A stretch of 64,000 bases of DNA, from positions 1 to 64,000 of the IMG/VR virus record IMGVR_UViG_3300020460_000013; one strand, given 5' to 3'. The notes under the pieces are model-generated. The model had not been told where the DNA came from. It made no database searches and saw nothing but the letters and a program-made list of their open reading frames with translations. This document shows, piece by piece, positions 20,624 to 31,460 of this stretch (position 1 is its first letter; the number at the start of each line of letters is the position of its first letter). The translations under genes were made by a program, and so were the position numbers. Origin of the DNA: a virus (lineage: Duplodnaviria > Caudoviricetes).

Positions 20624-23600
20624 TTACAATGCCAATGCTAATACTCTTAGGTTTTTAATTCTTGGTACGAAAACACTATTAGATGATTTCATTTCTATCT
20701 TAATAGCTGCAGATGAAAAAGAATTTAAATCATTAATAGTAAATTCTCTTTCTTTAAATAAGTTTGGATTGTCATCAGAAGAATCCAAATTATCTATTGT
20801 TGCAAGTCTATAAGGTATTTTGTCAAAATCTCTTGTATCACCTTCTTCAACAATCTTATAGTAAACATTTATTGTTGATGAACTTGGTTTGTTTGCATCA
20901 AATAATACTTTTAGTGCAGTTGCTGGATTATCTAAACTAAATCTTTTTGTCATATAGTTAGATGCATTTGATGTTCCAGTTGGTGCAATACCATCAAGAT
21001 ATCTTTCATGTTGAGTAATAGTAGTAGATGTATTAGAAGAATCTGCCGCAGTAGCAGGAGAAACATTAAATGAAGAACCATCATCTGCAACACTAGTAAC
21101 AGTAAAGGTATTGCCATCATTATTACCACCAGATATGGTTATTTCTTTACCTATGTCCAAAGTTTTAATTTCATCTCTAATAGTACCAGATGAACCAACA
21201 GATATTGTACCAGTAGCATCCATAGTAATAGCAGTTGATGCACTTAGAGCTCTATCATCTAAATCAGTATCATTAAATGTTGACCTAGTATAATTAGAAA
21301 TCTTATTAGATGTTAAACATAGTGATATTCTTTCACTATCTAATACAGGTGTTAAAAATGAACTAGTAGATTTCATTGAAGCAACAACATTTGCAGAAGT
21401 TCCAGCAACAAGACTTGAGTTTCCAGTTCTACCACCACTTAAACTATTATTTTGATTGACCTCTGAAGCAACTATTTCTCTTGATGGTGGATAATAACTT
21501 CTATTTTCTGGTATAGATCTAGGACTTTGTTTTGTATAAGATGTATTCATACCTGTCCATTGGTATCCAATAGTTGTGCCAGGAACTTTAATTTCTGATA
21601 CTGCAAGTTGTACAATATCAGCTGCAAGGTTTCTTGTTGCAACAACGCCATTACCACCACTAAATACAGATTTCAAAGCAGGTTTTCCGCCTGGTATATT
21701 AGTTGCAGCTGCATCATCAGTAATAGCAATAATATAACTATCATTATCTGCACTACTAATTGTATGAGTTCCATTTAGTGCATCTGATGTAATACCTTGA
21801 GTTGTTGATTCTGCACCATAAAAACCATTTGCAACATTTGAAATTGTAACTTTATCATTTGCTTTCATTCCATGATTTTGATGAAAAACTCTAACTTTTG
21901 TATCTAAATCATCATTAGTTCCAGTTCCTGTGTTAGTCTGAAATGGATTAAATTTTAAAGTATCAGCAGGAACTGTAGTATTTACAAATGATGGAGTTCC
22001 AGTACCACTTATATCAAAATCAGCACGATATAAAGTAAACTTAACATCACGAGTCTGGTGTGGTGTCCATGTCTGACCATTTTGTGATAAGAATAATGTT
22101 CCTGTTAATGGGTTTGCAGATATTAATCTACTATCAGTTAAATTTGTTCCACCAACTTCAGAGAAAAATACTCTTGTTCCAGGCTCATCAACCTTGATTA
22201 AGATTGCATAATTTATATCGTCCTTTAGATATACAGGTGATGGAAAAGTAAATCGAGTTGCAGATGAAGCATCATCAGATACATTGATATCATCAATCTC
22301 TAATGTTACTTCTGACATTACTTTATTAGATGGAAATCCATCTATTGTATCAGTTATCTGTACTGTTACTGGTCTTGTACCTTTTACACTAAAAAACAAA
22401 TCTACACTAGTAACAAATGCACCTTCTTGTCCTACATTTAAAAATGTTTGTGCGAGAGGATCATGTCTTTGTGGTGGATCTGGTGGTGGTGGGGGTGGAT
22501 CAGCAACAAATGCAGATGCGATTGGTCTAGTACTTGTTTGAACTGCACCATATACAGTTCTATTAACTGTTTGTGTTTCTTCTTTATAATCTCTTTGAAA
22601 GTGAGCCTTTCTTATGTTAAGAATAGTCTGTTCTCTTTCTTCTGCAATACCAGTTGCATTATATTCTCTTTCACCTTTAGTAGACCATAATCCAAATTCT
22701 GTACTATTATTAATATTATCAATTAATCTTAATAATCTTTCACCAGTTCTAAATCTTACTTCTTCTGTATTTGGAATATAAAAGACACCAACAAACTGAC
22801 CATTTGCATTTGTAATCATATCACTAGAATTTGTTTTCATTGTTGGAGCAGATGTTGTAACTGTACTTCCATTAATAGAAGATACAACCATTGTAATATT
22901 TACTTTACCATTAGAAATTTTTGCAATCGTTCCATTTACAGTTTCGCCCACTGCAAATCCATTTAAAACATTTGTTACAAAAACATCTCTTGCAGTTGAT
23001 GTTCCAGGCCCTTGAGTTGCAATATGAGCAGATGCTTGGAGTCGTTGTAAAGTTCCAGTTTGAGCACCAGAAGATGTAAGAGAATTTGATCCATCATCTA
23101 ATCTACCACCACCTATCGCACCAATGGTAACTATTTTAGTTGATGAGTCTACAGCAGTTACAACATAGTTATTATTTCTTGATACAGTAAAATTTAATTC
23201 TGTAGTTCCAGTTAAACTGCTTAACTGGATATGATGACCAGGCTTTATTTCATCAACACTTGCAACTGTAACTTGTGCAGAAGTTGTATCTGATCCACCA
23301 GTTCCTGTGAAAGAAACATTAGTAACAGCTGTTGCAGTATGAGTTGAATTTCTAATAATGTCACCAAAACCAAAAGCTTGTACTGCATCAGTAGCACCAT
23401 CCCAAATTCTACCAGAATCAGATGCAGCTGAAGCACCAGGCGTTTCTAATTGATTTGGACTTAATTCTATTGGCCCATTATCAGTTAAAGTTTGTTGAGT
23501 TATTGTAAGATTAAAAATATCTGCTTGTCTAATAAAAGACGTTACATTTTCGTTATCAAAGAAACCATATAACTTTGCATTAGGTTTCATATTTTGAATA

Positions 23601-26600
23601 GAAATACTTACTGGTCTAGAACGAATAAAAGGTATCATAGAAATACCTACAATTCTGTCACCCATATTATGAGTTTCAACTGTAGATTGTAAAGTTGTTT
23701 CTATACCAGAACGAACTTGTCCTACAGTTTGAGAAAATACTTCTCTACTTTGACTTGTTTCTGTAGTTGTTGTAACTGTACCACCAGACACCCTTGTTGA
23801 TGCTGTTGATTGAGTACTACCCAAACTTTGAGTTCCAGCAGATACTGGAGAACCATACCAATTATCTTGCCAACTTTCCCATACAACACCAGTAACACCT
23901 GTTTCATCTGCAATTTCTTTAATCGCATCAAAGTTATTGTCATCATTCACAACAATATCAGGCCTTCTTGTTACATCATTCCAATCATCAGAATATGGTA
24001 CAAGAACAACCTTACCATTGAATGGTGCAACTTTATATGGATTTATATCAAAACTATCAGATGCATATGGATTTTCTACATGAGTTGTTTCTGTATATGG
24101 TAATGTTATAATACCATCATCATGTACTCTATAGTTTGCAGATGTTCTAGATGAATTACTAGAAACAGATTCTATCAATCCCACATTATCACTGAATGCC
24201 ATAGGACGAAGCTCTCTTTTCTTCATGTCTATAGAATTTTTATAATCTGGATTTATAAAATCACCTATTACATGACCAGAAAAGTTATCTACAATAAATC
24301 CATTTTTTAATCTATCGTTACCATCTGAATCTTTAACTGCAAGATCCGCTGTTTCTTTTTCTAAAAGATTAAGAGATGTATAATATTCTAGATTAGAAAT
24401 TCTTTTATCTAGTCTACCTATATCTCTCATAGTATATCTACGATTGTCTAATTTTTTATGTCTTACTTCTTTTAAATTTACAACATAAGGTTCATATGCA
24501 ACTTCAAATAAAACCATACCATTTTCTGGTTCTTGTGGTTTTTCTGGATTTAATGAAGGTACACCTTGTAATACATCAAAACTTCCTAATCTATCTACGA
24601 AAATTAAATCTTTTCTTCCTAAGAAATAAGAAAAGTCTGCTTCTGCATTTGTTCCAAATTTAGGTATTTCTGATAAAATAGCATTAGTGCCAGTAAAATT
24701 TGCACCAGTATCATCTATTCTTGGTCTAAAATCTAAACAATCTCTTAATTCAAATTTTCTTCCATTACCTTGTGTGGAAGTATAACTTGGTATATCTTCA
24801 TAATTTAAAGCATAAGAGTCTACAGAAAAATAATCACCACCACCACTAGAACTATGAGTAAAATAATTAAAGGTAATACGTAATCTTCCAGTTGGAACTG
24901 GTTGACCTGGCTTAAGATTTATTCTTGCAAGATCATAAAATGCATCTCTCTGTCCACCATCAAAAGTATATCTACTTGTAATATCTGGATCTGATGCTGT
25001 TGCATTAGCAGTAAAATCTGCAGCCATCTTTATAGACACTAACTGATAACCATCTGCCTTACCCAACTTTATTTCTGTATTTTGTGATTCTGCTTGTGTA
25101 GATGTATTTTTAATTTCACCACTAACTAAAGTTTTAGTTTTTTCTTGACCTTTTGCACCAGACACTTTTACAGCTGCAATTAATTTATAGGCAGTATTAT
25201 TACCACTAGTAGTAATAACAGCAGTTCTATTTGAATTGCTAAGAGTTATACTAGATGAGGTAAGTATAACTTGATTACCACCATTAGTGCCATTTCCAAC
25301 TACAAGATTATAATTTCCAATATCACTTGTACTTTGAAATTCTTCATTTGGATCTAAGTCAAATGTTACAGCTCCAGTACCACTGGATGTAGCACTGAGT
25401 GTTTTTGTTATTGTATATGTTGTTCCCAATGAGTTGTCTGGATTTGATACTGTATCTCCACGAATTTTTCTAACTCTACGATAATTAGTAGGAAATACTA
25501 AAAGTTTTTGATCTGGTCTAATTAATTTCGCAGAAAACTTTTGTATTTTAACAGCAGTTGCTACAGTTGAAAGTGCATTAGAAGTTAATGTTAATACAGT
25601 ATTACTACTAACAGCATTTACCATACCCATAAAACTACCATCTAAATATACTGCATCTCCAGCTTTAAGTTCTGTTAAAAATGATGAACCAGCAGAACCA
25701 GTAATTTGTGTAGTGCTATTTGATGAAGTAGCTGCACCAGATAATGTAACTAAATCTGGAACTATATCAGCAATAAAATCTGGTAAATTATTAGAACCAG
25801 CGTTACCAGCCCACTGTGTATTAGTATACGTTGAGGAATTGGGAGTACCAGAATCATATCTAATATGTTTTACATCAGAAAAACTTATACCATCATTTAA
25901 TTTAACATCAAAAAGACCAAGTTTAAATTGTGCATTTGTATAACCAGAAGAATGTAAATCGTAAAACCTTACTCTTGCAGTTCCTACTTTAGATCCATAA
26001 CTTGCATAACCAAATGGATTCCTTAACCCATCATATAAATTAACTTCTCCAAATTGACTAATGTTTGGAAGTCCTTTGATTGTGTCAACAATAACATGAT
26101 TACCCACTGGTGTTTGTATTGTTTTATCTTCTACTCTATCAAATGTTCTTGGTTTATCAGTTTTAATAAACTGTGTTGACATGGTTTCTATCTCATAACC
26201 ATCAACATAAGCTTTGCCTGGTTCTACTGCAAATACAATTTTATCAGCATCTCCACCATCAGATGCAGAATAGATACCTCTATTTGTTCCACTCTTTAAA
26301 TGTTCACGTACCTCTGCTAAAAATGGTCTGACTTCATAGTTACCGCTTTCATCAAATGTTCTTCTTGCAAGTGTGTGTTGTAGTTCAGCATAATCTGCAT
26401 TTTTCTTATAAGATTGTACTTTACCATTACTTATTCTTCCAAGTTCAACAAAGTCAGAATCATCAGTTGCACTTAACGATTTCTTTGTTAGCGTTACTGC
26501 GATTTTAAATCTATGAGCGCCTGGTGCATTTACATTAGATGATCCAGTTGCATTATCTAATAAACTGATATCTTCCTCTGGTGTTGTAAAAGTTTCTGAT

Positions 26601-27286
26601 ACAACAAATCCAACACGATATGATGGTGTATTAGTATACTTATCTAAAAGAATAACTTGTTCTGTATTAGAAACAAAATGACCATTAATAAAATAAACAC
26701 CAGCATGAACTAGTACAGCAGAACCAGTACCAACTGGGGTATCAGTTGATTGTATAGTTGCATTTAATTCAGTTGTTTGATTTTCACTTAAACTTGGATT
26801 TACAGTTGTAGTATTATTTGCATTTGTTGATGTAACAACTTCTCCAGATGCAAATTTAAGTGTTGCATTATCTGTTCCACTATCTTCATATTTGATATAA
26901 AGAGTTATAGGATCAGCAGATGTGGTTGATGTTGAACTTGTAGCTGCAACTGTACCAATAACCTTTGCCTTTACACCACTTGTTGCACCTACAATTATTT
27001 TATCTAAAAAACTTGTTCTGTATGTTTCAACTTCTAATGTATTATATGCAGAGTTAACTTTAATATAATCATACTGCATATCAAAGTTAAGATCGCCTGG
27101 AATAACCATAGAACCATTTTGAAAAATATGTTCTCCAAACTTAGTAATTTGATTTTGTAGTATTGTCTGTAGTTGTGTTAATTCACGAGCTTGTACTGAA
27201 TAAGCAGGACGAAACATAACTCTGTGAAAATTCTTTGATGAGTCGTAATCATCATAGTAGGGTTTTACATTAAAGTTTGTAGCCAT
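20624..27286 (-). CDS. DUF4815/VrlC-like large virion structural protein (2220 aa)
   Basis: NVKPYYDDYD..KNFHRVMFRP..VQARELTQLQ, RRYTMRDIGRL, DPLAQTF motifs. Confidence 0.9.
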   Translation of the reverse strand: MATNFNVKPYYDDYDSSKNFHRVMFRPAYSVQARELTQLQTILQNQITKFGEHIFQNGSMVIPGDLNFDMQYDYIKVNSAYNTLEVETYRTSFLDKIIVGATSGVKAKVIGTVAATSSTSTTSADPITLYIKYEDSGTDNATLKFASGEVVTSTNANNTTTVNPSLSENQTTELNATIQSTDTPVGTGSAVLVHAGVYFINGHFVSNTEQVILLDKYTNTPSYRVGFVVSETFTTPEEDISLLDNATGSSNVNAPGAHRFKIAVTLTKKSLSATDDSDFVELGRISNGKVQSYKKNADYAELQHTLARRTFDESGNYEVRPFLAEVREHLKSGTNRGIYSASDGGDADKIVFAVEPGKAYVDGYEIETMSTQFIKTDKPRTFDRVEDKTIQTPVGNHVIVDTIKGLPNISQFGEVNLYDGLRNPFGYASYGSKVGTARVRFYDLHSSGYTNAQFKLGLFDVKLNDGISFSDVKHIRYDSGTPNSSTYTNTQWAGNAGSNNLPDFIADIVPDLVTLSGAATSSNSTTQITGSAGSSFLTELKAGDAVYLDGSFMGMVNAVSSNTVLTLTSNALSTVATAVKIQKFSAKLIRPDQKLLVFPTNYRRVRKIRGDTVSNPDNSLGTTYTITKTLSATSSGTGAVTFDLDPNEEFQSTSDIGNYNLVVGNGTNGGNQVILTSSSITLSNSNRTAVITTSGNNTAYKLIAAVKVSGAKGQEKTKTLVSGEIKNTSTQAESQNTEIKLGKADGYQLVSIKMAADFTANATASDPDITSRYTFDGGQRDAFYDLARINLKPGQPVPTGRLRITFNYFTHSSSGGGDYFSVDSYALNYEDIPSYTSTQGNGRKFELRDCLDFRPRIDDTGANFTGTNAILSEIPKFGTNAEADFSYFLGRKDLIFVDRLGSFDVLQGVPSLNPEKPQEPENGMVLFEVAYEPYVVNLKEVRHKKLDNRRYTMRDIGRLDKRISNLEYYTSLNLLEKETADLAVKDSDGNDRLKNGFIVDNFSGHVIGDFINPDYKNSIDMKKRELRPMAFSDNVGLIESVSSNSSRTSANYRVHDDGIITLPYTETTHVENPYASDSFDINPYKVAPFNGKVVLVPYSDDWNDVTRRPDIVVNDDNNFDAIKEIADETGVTGVVWESWQDNWYGSPVSAGTQSLGSTQSTASTRVSGGTVTTTTETSQSREVFSQTVGQVRSGIETTLQSTVETHNMGDRIVGISMIPFIRSRPVSISIQNMKPNAKLYGFFDNENVTSFIRQADIFNLTITQQTLTDNGPIELSPNQLETPGASAASDSGRIWDGATDAVQAFGFGDIIRNSTHTATAVTNVSFTGTGGSDTTSAQVTVASVDEIKPGHHIQLSSLTGTTELNFTVSRNNNYVVTAVDSSTKIVTIGAIGGGRLDDGSNSLTSSGAQTGTLQRLQASAHIATQGPGTSTARDVFVTNVLNGFAVGETVNGTIAKISNGKVNITMVVSSINGSTVTTSAPTMKTNSSDMITNANGQFVGVFYIPNTEEVRFRTGERLLRLIDNINNSTEFGLWSTKGEREYNATGIAEEREQTILNIRKAHFQRDYKEETQTVNRTVYGAVQTSTRPIASAFVADPPPPPPDPPQRHDPLAQTFLNVGQEGAFVTSVDLFFSVKGTRPVTVQITDTIDGFPSNKVMSEVTLEIDDINVSDDASSATRFTFPSPVYLKDDINYAILIKVDEPGTRVFFSEVGGTNLTDSRLISANPLTGTLFLSQNGQTWTPHQTRDVKFTLYRADFDISGTGTPSFVNTTVPADTLKFNPFQTNTGTGTNDDLDTKVRVFHQNHGMKANDKVTISNVANGFYGAESTTQGITSDALNGTHTISSADNDSYIIAITDDAAATNIPGGKPALKSVFSGGNGVVATRNLAADIVQLAVSEIKVPGTTIGYQWTGMNTSYTKQSPRSIPENRSYYPPSREIVASEVNQNNSLSGGRTGNSSLVAGTSANVVASMKSTSSFLTPVLDSERISLCLTSNKISNYTRSTFNDTDLDDRALSASTAITMDATGTISVGSSGTIRDEIKTLDIGKEITISGGNNDGNTFTVTSVADDGSSFNVSPATAADSSNTSTTITQHERYLDGIAPTGTSNASNYMTKRFSLDNPATALKVLFDANKPSSSTINVYYKIVEEGDTRDFDKIPYRLATIDNLDSSDDNPNLFKEREFTINDLNSFSSAAIKIEMKSSNSVFVPRIKNLRVLALAL

Positions 27287-27303
27287 TAAATCAAATTCCT
27301 AAT

Positions 27304-28842
27304 TTAAAATTCTATAACTATTTTTATATCTTCTGTTTGGTCTGATGCTCTGGAGATTGGTCTACGATTTTCTACATAGATAATATTTCCACTATCATGT
27401 TCTAGTTCTGGTGGTGCATATCCATTTGCAAATGTTATACCAGATAATGTTTGAGATGCAGTACCACTATCTGGAGTTCCATTTGCATTACTTGATGCAC
27501 CAGTAACTAAATGATTAGAACTAAAAGCAACATGATTTCTATATGTTGATGATGAACTATTAGAGTCTATACCATAGTTTTCCCATTGTTCTTGTAAATA
27601 ATATAAAATTTTATTTGTCGCATCCCACTCAACAACTCTACCAGTTGCATTTGTTGTTGCTTGTGTTATTTTTTCGTCAACATCAAATGAACCACTTGAT
27701 GATGTCATTTTAATTGCATAAGTCATTCTTACTTGTGATACAGTAGAAACTGTCGTTCCACCTCTTAGATGTGGATCAACAACAATACCAACTTCTCTGA
27801 AATCGTTTGCAACTGTGAAGTCACCACTTTCTGTTTGTTCTAGTCTTGCATTCATCATAACAAAGTGTCCACCCAGTTCTGCAACTGGATTATGTCCATG
27901 CCCAACTCTTGGTGATATGATTGGAACAACTGTTGAACCACCACCAGATAAATTTGTTTCGTTTTGTGATAACCCAACATCAGTATAACATTTTGTTAAA
28001 TCAATAGTTCCAAAAGTATAACCAACACCACCAGCATGAATTAATGAACCATTTTGACCAAACCTAACAATATTATTACTTGCAACTTTTAATTTAACAA
28101 TACCACCAGTACCATCACCATTTACTGCTGTATAATAATCCGTATTTGCAATACTACCAGCTAAACCACTTCCAGGCGTTATACGAACAACCTGTATTGG
28201 AGCTCCATTAAAAGGTGCAGTATCACCAGATGCAGTTTCAACATCAGTAACCACACTTGCATCAGTTCTAACTGCAACAAAGTCTGTGGTTAAAAACTTT
28301 ATAGTATCAGCAGTACTTAATGTGTACATATATTGAATATAATAATTACCATGAAAAAATGGTGCAGATGCTGTTGATGTTGGTTCTGTAGTTGTATTTA
28401 ATGCAGTACCATTATCATTATCTAAAACTTTATATACTCTGTATGCAGTAGTTACAAAATAAAATGTACTATCATAAAGATTAGTCGCACCACTTGTTGT
28501 TGTATTTAAAGATGATATATCATGTTCATACATATCCAATGTAGTTGCTGTTGTTGGATAGTTTCTACGAGGAATAACAGATTCAACATCTGTAGATGTT
28601 ATCTTTTTGGCAGCTAACATAGAATCCCACTTGTAATTTTCTTCTATGACTCTATCATGTGGATTAGGTGGAGATGCATCAGTACCCCCTGTAGTTTCAG
28701 TATCTGAGTACTTTGTTGTTGTAGTAAAAGGACTTGACTTTCCTACAAACAAATAATAATTAGATGCAGCTGTTTCGGAAAAAGATTCCTTAAATTGGTC
28801 TGCATTGTGTAATCTAAATTTTTCTGTAATAATTGCTGCCAT
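27304..28842 (-). CDS. gp8: Baseplate wedge subunit gp8
   Basis: MAAIITEKFR start, VYKVLDN, SGNIIYVENRRPISRASDQTEDIKIVIEF end. Confidence 0.9.
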   Translation of the reverse strand: MAAIITEKFRLHNADQFKESFSETAASNYYLFVGKSSPFTTTTKYSDTETTGGTDASPPNPHDRVIEENYKWDSMLAAKKITSTDVESVIPRRNYPTTATTLDMYEHDISSLNTTTSGATNLYDSTFYFVTTAYRVYKVLDNDNGTALNTTTEPTSTASAPFFHGNYYIQYMYTLSTADTIKFLTTDFVAVRTDASVVTDVETASGDTAPFNGAPIQVVRITPGSGLAGSIANTDYYTAVNGDGTGGIVKLKVASNNIVRFGQNGSLIHAGGVGYTFGTIDLTKCYTDVGLSQNETNLSGGGSTVVPIISPRVGHGHNPVAELGGHFVMMNARLEQTESGDFTVANDFREVGIVVDPHLRGGTTVSTVSQVRMTYAIKMTSSSGSFDVDEKITQATTNATGRVVEWDATNKILYYLQEQWENYGIDSNSSSSTYRNHVAFSSNHLVTGASSNANGTPDSGTASQTLSGITFANGYAPPELEHDSGNIIYVENRRPISRASDQTEDIKIVIEF

Positions 28843-28864
28843 TGTTTTTTTCCTATTATAGTAT

Positions 28865-28872
28865 TATTTATA
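28865..28872 (-). promoter_or_regulatory. Late promoter TATAAATA
   Basis: Exact intergenic motif upstream of gp8. Confidence 0.75.
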
Positions 28873-28911
28873 CACCATCTTAGATTGATTGTTAATACTT
28901 TTCATTATTTA

Positions 28912-30546
28912 TCACTCATTCCATTCTAGTTTTGATCTAGTTAAATTTCCTATAGCTTCTCTTACAAATACATTCCAACTAGCATTTGCTCCAGAAGATA
29001 TTAAATATGGGTATGTGGAGTCTAAAAATGTACCACCACTAAATGTACAAGTTGTATAAGTTGAATTAAAGTGACATTGAATAATATTGATAATTCTATT
29101 TGTAGAAGAATCATAATAGTCACTTAAAATAAAAATTTTACCAGAATTAGTTACAACACAGTTTACGATTGGAGCTGGAAAATTATAGATGCTAGATATA
29201 TTTGGATGCACAGAGGATGGAATTTCAAAATAGTCTGGTGACATACCATTTCTAGTATTGATATTAGTACTAGTTCCAGTAGCATTAATTAATGTATCTA
29301 AATTATAAACTCTAAAACAAGATCTAGTTCTTCCAGTACCATCATTTAAACCTAGAGCATAACCATTTGGTAATTTATAAATCCCTTGACTAGCAGTAAT
29401 GGAATTGCTACGTTTTGCATTTGTATTTGGATAAGTTGCACCTGCTTGACCACCTTCATCAACACATATTAAGCCTCCAGAATTTCCTCCACTACCTTCT
29501 CTTGAAAAGTAATGATTATTATAATAAAAAATTGCTGGAGCACTATGACCAGTTCCCTGTGGAATATTACTAACACCATAACTTGTATTACTAATATTAG
29601 CTAATTTTAAATTAATATCATCACCAACACCATTTAGTTGTCCATAGTGTCCAGTTGTGTAATCTCCTGCTGGATTTGAACCAGAATTATCTCTATTCAT
29701 ACCATACGCTTCCATAAAGTCGAAACCATGCAACCCATGAATATTTCCATCAGCGTTTTGTAAAGTATCTTCGTGTGTTCCAGCTGCAACATATTCTCTA
29801 TCAGAACCAGATTTTCCATTGGTAGTAATACCATGTTTCTTACCACCAGAATGGCCAGCTATGTAAGCAGTTTGAGAATTTAAACTACTAGTATGATGAT
29901 TTGGTGGTCTATAAACCACTTGGCCTGGATCTGAAGGTTGAGTTATACTTGTCGGCCAATTTTGTGTATCTATTGCAACCACAGAAGGATAATTACTATG
30001 GTGTCCAAGACCACCAGATTGTCCAGCACCAGCAACATATGCACCACGCCCATTAGTTATCCAAAAATGTGATGTTGTATTATCAAACATTGTTCCATAC
30101 TCGTTTGCATTTGATACTGATTGCCAAGAGTAATAATTAAAACCATTTGTTAATTGATGAAACATACTATGATAAGAACCAGAGTCTAAAGTTGTTGAGT
30201 TTTTATGAACTCTAAAAAGACCATCTCTTACATCATATCCACTCTGATTTCCATTAAGATTATTAAGTCTATTAGGATGATGAGTACCAGTAATGTATAT
30301 GTAATCGTCATCACCTAATGTAAGTCTTGCTCGTTCAATACCATAGTTACCCCAACCATAATTATAAGTTAAAGATATGTGTCCTTTTTCAACTCTGTTT
30401 ATTGGATCTATTATAGTAATATAATTTTGAGCGGGCTTGCCACCTGTCCAGTTGGCATTGCTACCATTGTTACCCATTGGCATATAAATTAGATCTTCAT
30501 CTTGTGATCCAGCTGCACCTTGCAATATTTTCATCATATTACTCAT
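28912..30546 (-). CDS. Putative adhesin, single-unit paralogue of the 1314-aa protein (544 aa)
   Basis: MSNMMK..AAG start and VTxxGKI..FNS.Y....SGG..GN...S..EW end shared with 12983..16927. Confidence 0.6.
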   Translation of the reverse strand: MSNMMKILQGAAGSQDEDLIYMPMGNNGSNANWTGGKPAQNYITIIDPINRVEKGHISLTYNYGWGNYGIERARLTLGDDDYIYITGTHHPNRLNNLNGNQSGYDVRDGLFRVHKNSTTLDSGSYHSMFHQLTNGFNYYSWQSVSNANEYGTMFDNTTSHFWITNGRGAYVAGAGQSGGLGHHSNYPSVVAIDTQNWPTSITQPSDPGQVVYRPPNHHTSSLNSQTAYIAGHSGGKKHGITTNGKSGSDREYVAAGTHEDTLQNADGNIHGLHGFDFMEAYGMNRDNSGSNPAGDYTTGHYGQLNGVGDDINLKLANISNTSYGVSNIPQGTGHSAPAIFYYNNHYFSREGSGGNSGGLICVDEGGQAGATYPNTNAKRSNSITASQGIYKLPNGYALGLNDGTGRTRSCFRVYNLDTLINATGTSTNINTRNGMSPDYFEIPSSVHPNISSIYNFPAPIVNCVVTNSGKIFILSDYYDSSTNRIINIIQCHFNSTYTTCTFSGGTFLDSTYPYLISSGANASWNVFVREAIGNLTRSKLEWNE

Positions 30547-30557
30547 AAAGTAATACC

Positions 30558-31448
30558 CTACGATAAATCTTTACCAGCAAACATTCCATAATAGGTTGGA
30601 GTGCCTGCGTTTGGATTTTGTGTTACAAAAACAAATATATCTTCATCACTATTTCCAGATGATAACGTAGGTGGACTTCCATCTTTCCATCTAACATTAT
30701 ATCCACCCCCACCTGTCCATGTTACACTTCGTGTAGTTCCAGATGCTGGTTGTTTTATTTTTACCATAAAAACATATGCACTATTTGTAAGACTAGGTGG
30801 TGAACTAAATGTCACTACAGTATTTGTTGTATTTACTAATTGAATATTAAAAGAATTAGCAGTTGATAAATTAAGAGTATCAGTTCCATCAGATGTTATT
30901 TCTACATGAGCATCTATAAAATTATTTGATTTTATATAACCACTAAATGCATAACTATCTGTAGTATTTAATTCTGAACTTCCAACTTGGTTTGCTCCTA
31001 TTTTATCTGATGTAACTGCATTATTAGCTAATTCGCCAGTTCCAACTGCACCACTATTAATTTCACTTGACTCTACTGCATCTGCCACTATTTTTGCAGA
31101 AGTAACTGCATCATTGTTTATTTTAGAAGTAGTAACTGCATTAGCTACTATTTTATCAGAAGTAACTGAATCAGTAGCAAGAGCGAGTGGATTTACTGAT
31201 CCAGCTGCTAATTTTGCAGAAGTAACTGCATCATCAGCTAATTTTGCAGTGGTAATACCACCATCATATATTTTTGCACTTGTAACTTGTGCATCTGCTA
31301 TTTTAAGACTAGTTACTGCATTATCAGCTAATTTTGCAGTTGTAATTTCTCCAGTTCCTATTTCAGATGCAACTACTCCATCTACAATTTTAGGTGCAGT
31401 AACAGAATTATCTGTAAGTGCATTTGTTCCTATAGTATCAATTCCCAT
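30558..31448 (-). CDS. Fibre/adaptor protein (296 aa)
   Basis: About 14 AVTSxKIAxx decapeptide repeats plus the shared C-terminal domain. Confidence 0.75.
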   Translation of the reverse strand: MGIDTIGTNALTDNSVTAPKIVDGVVASEIGTGEITTAKLADNAVTSLKIADAQVTSAKIYDGGITTAKLADDAVTSAKLAAGSVNPLALATDSVTSDKIVANAVTTSKINNDAVTSAKIVADAVESSEINSGAVGTGELANNAVTSDKIGANQVGSSELNTTDSYAFSGYIKSNNFIDAHVEITSDGTDTLNLSTANSFNIQLVNTTNTVVTFSSPPSLTNSAYVFMVKIKQPASGTTRSVTWTGGGGYNVRWKDGSPPTLSSGNSDEDIFVFVTQNPNAGTPTYYGMFAGKDLS

Positions 31449-31460
31449 TATAGACTCCTA

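Noticed and set aside
22476-22502. G-rich run as a G-quadruplex or regulatory element
   Set aside because: It is explained by the poly-Pro linker (DPPPPPPDPP) of the DUF4815 protein.
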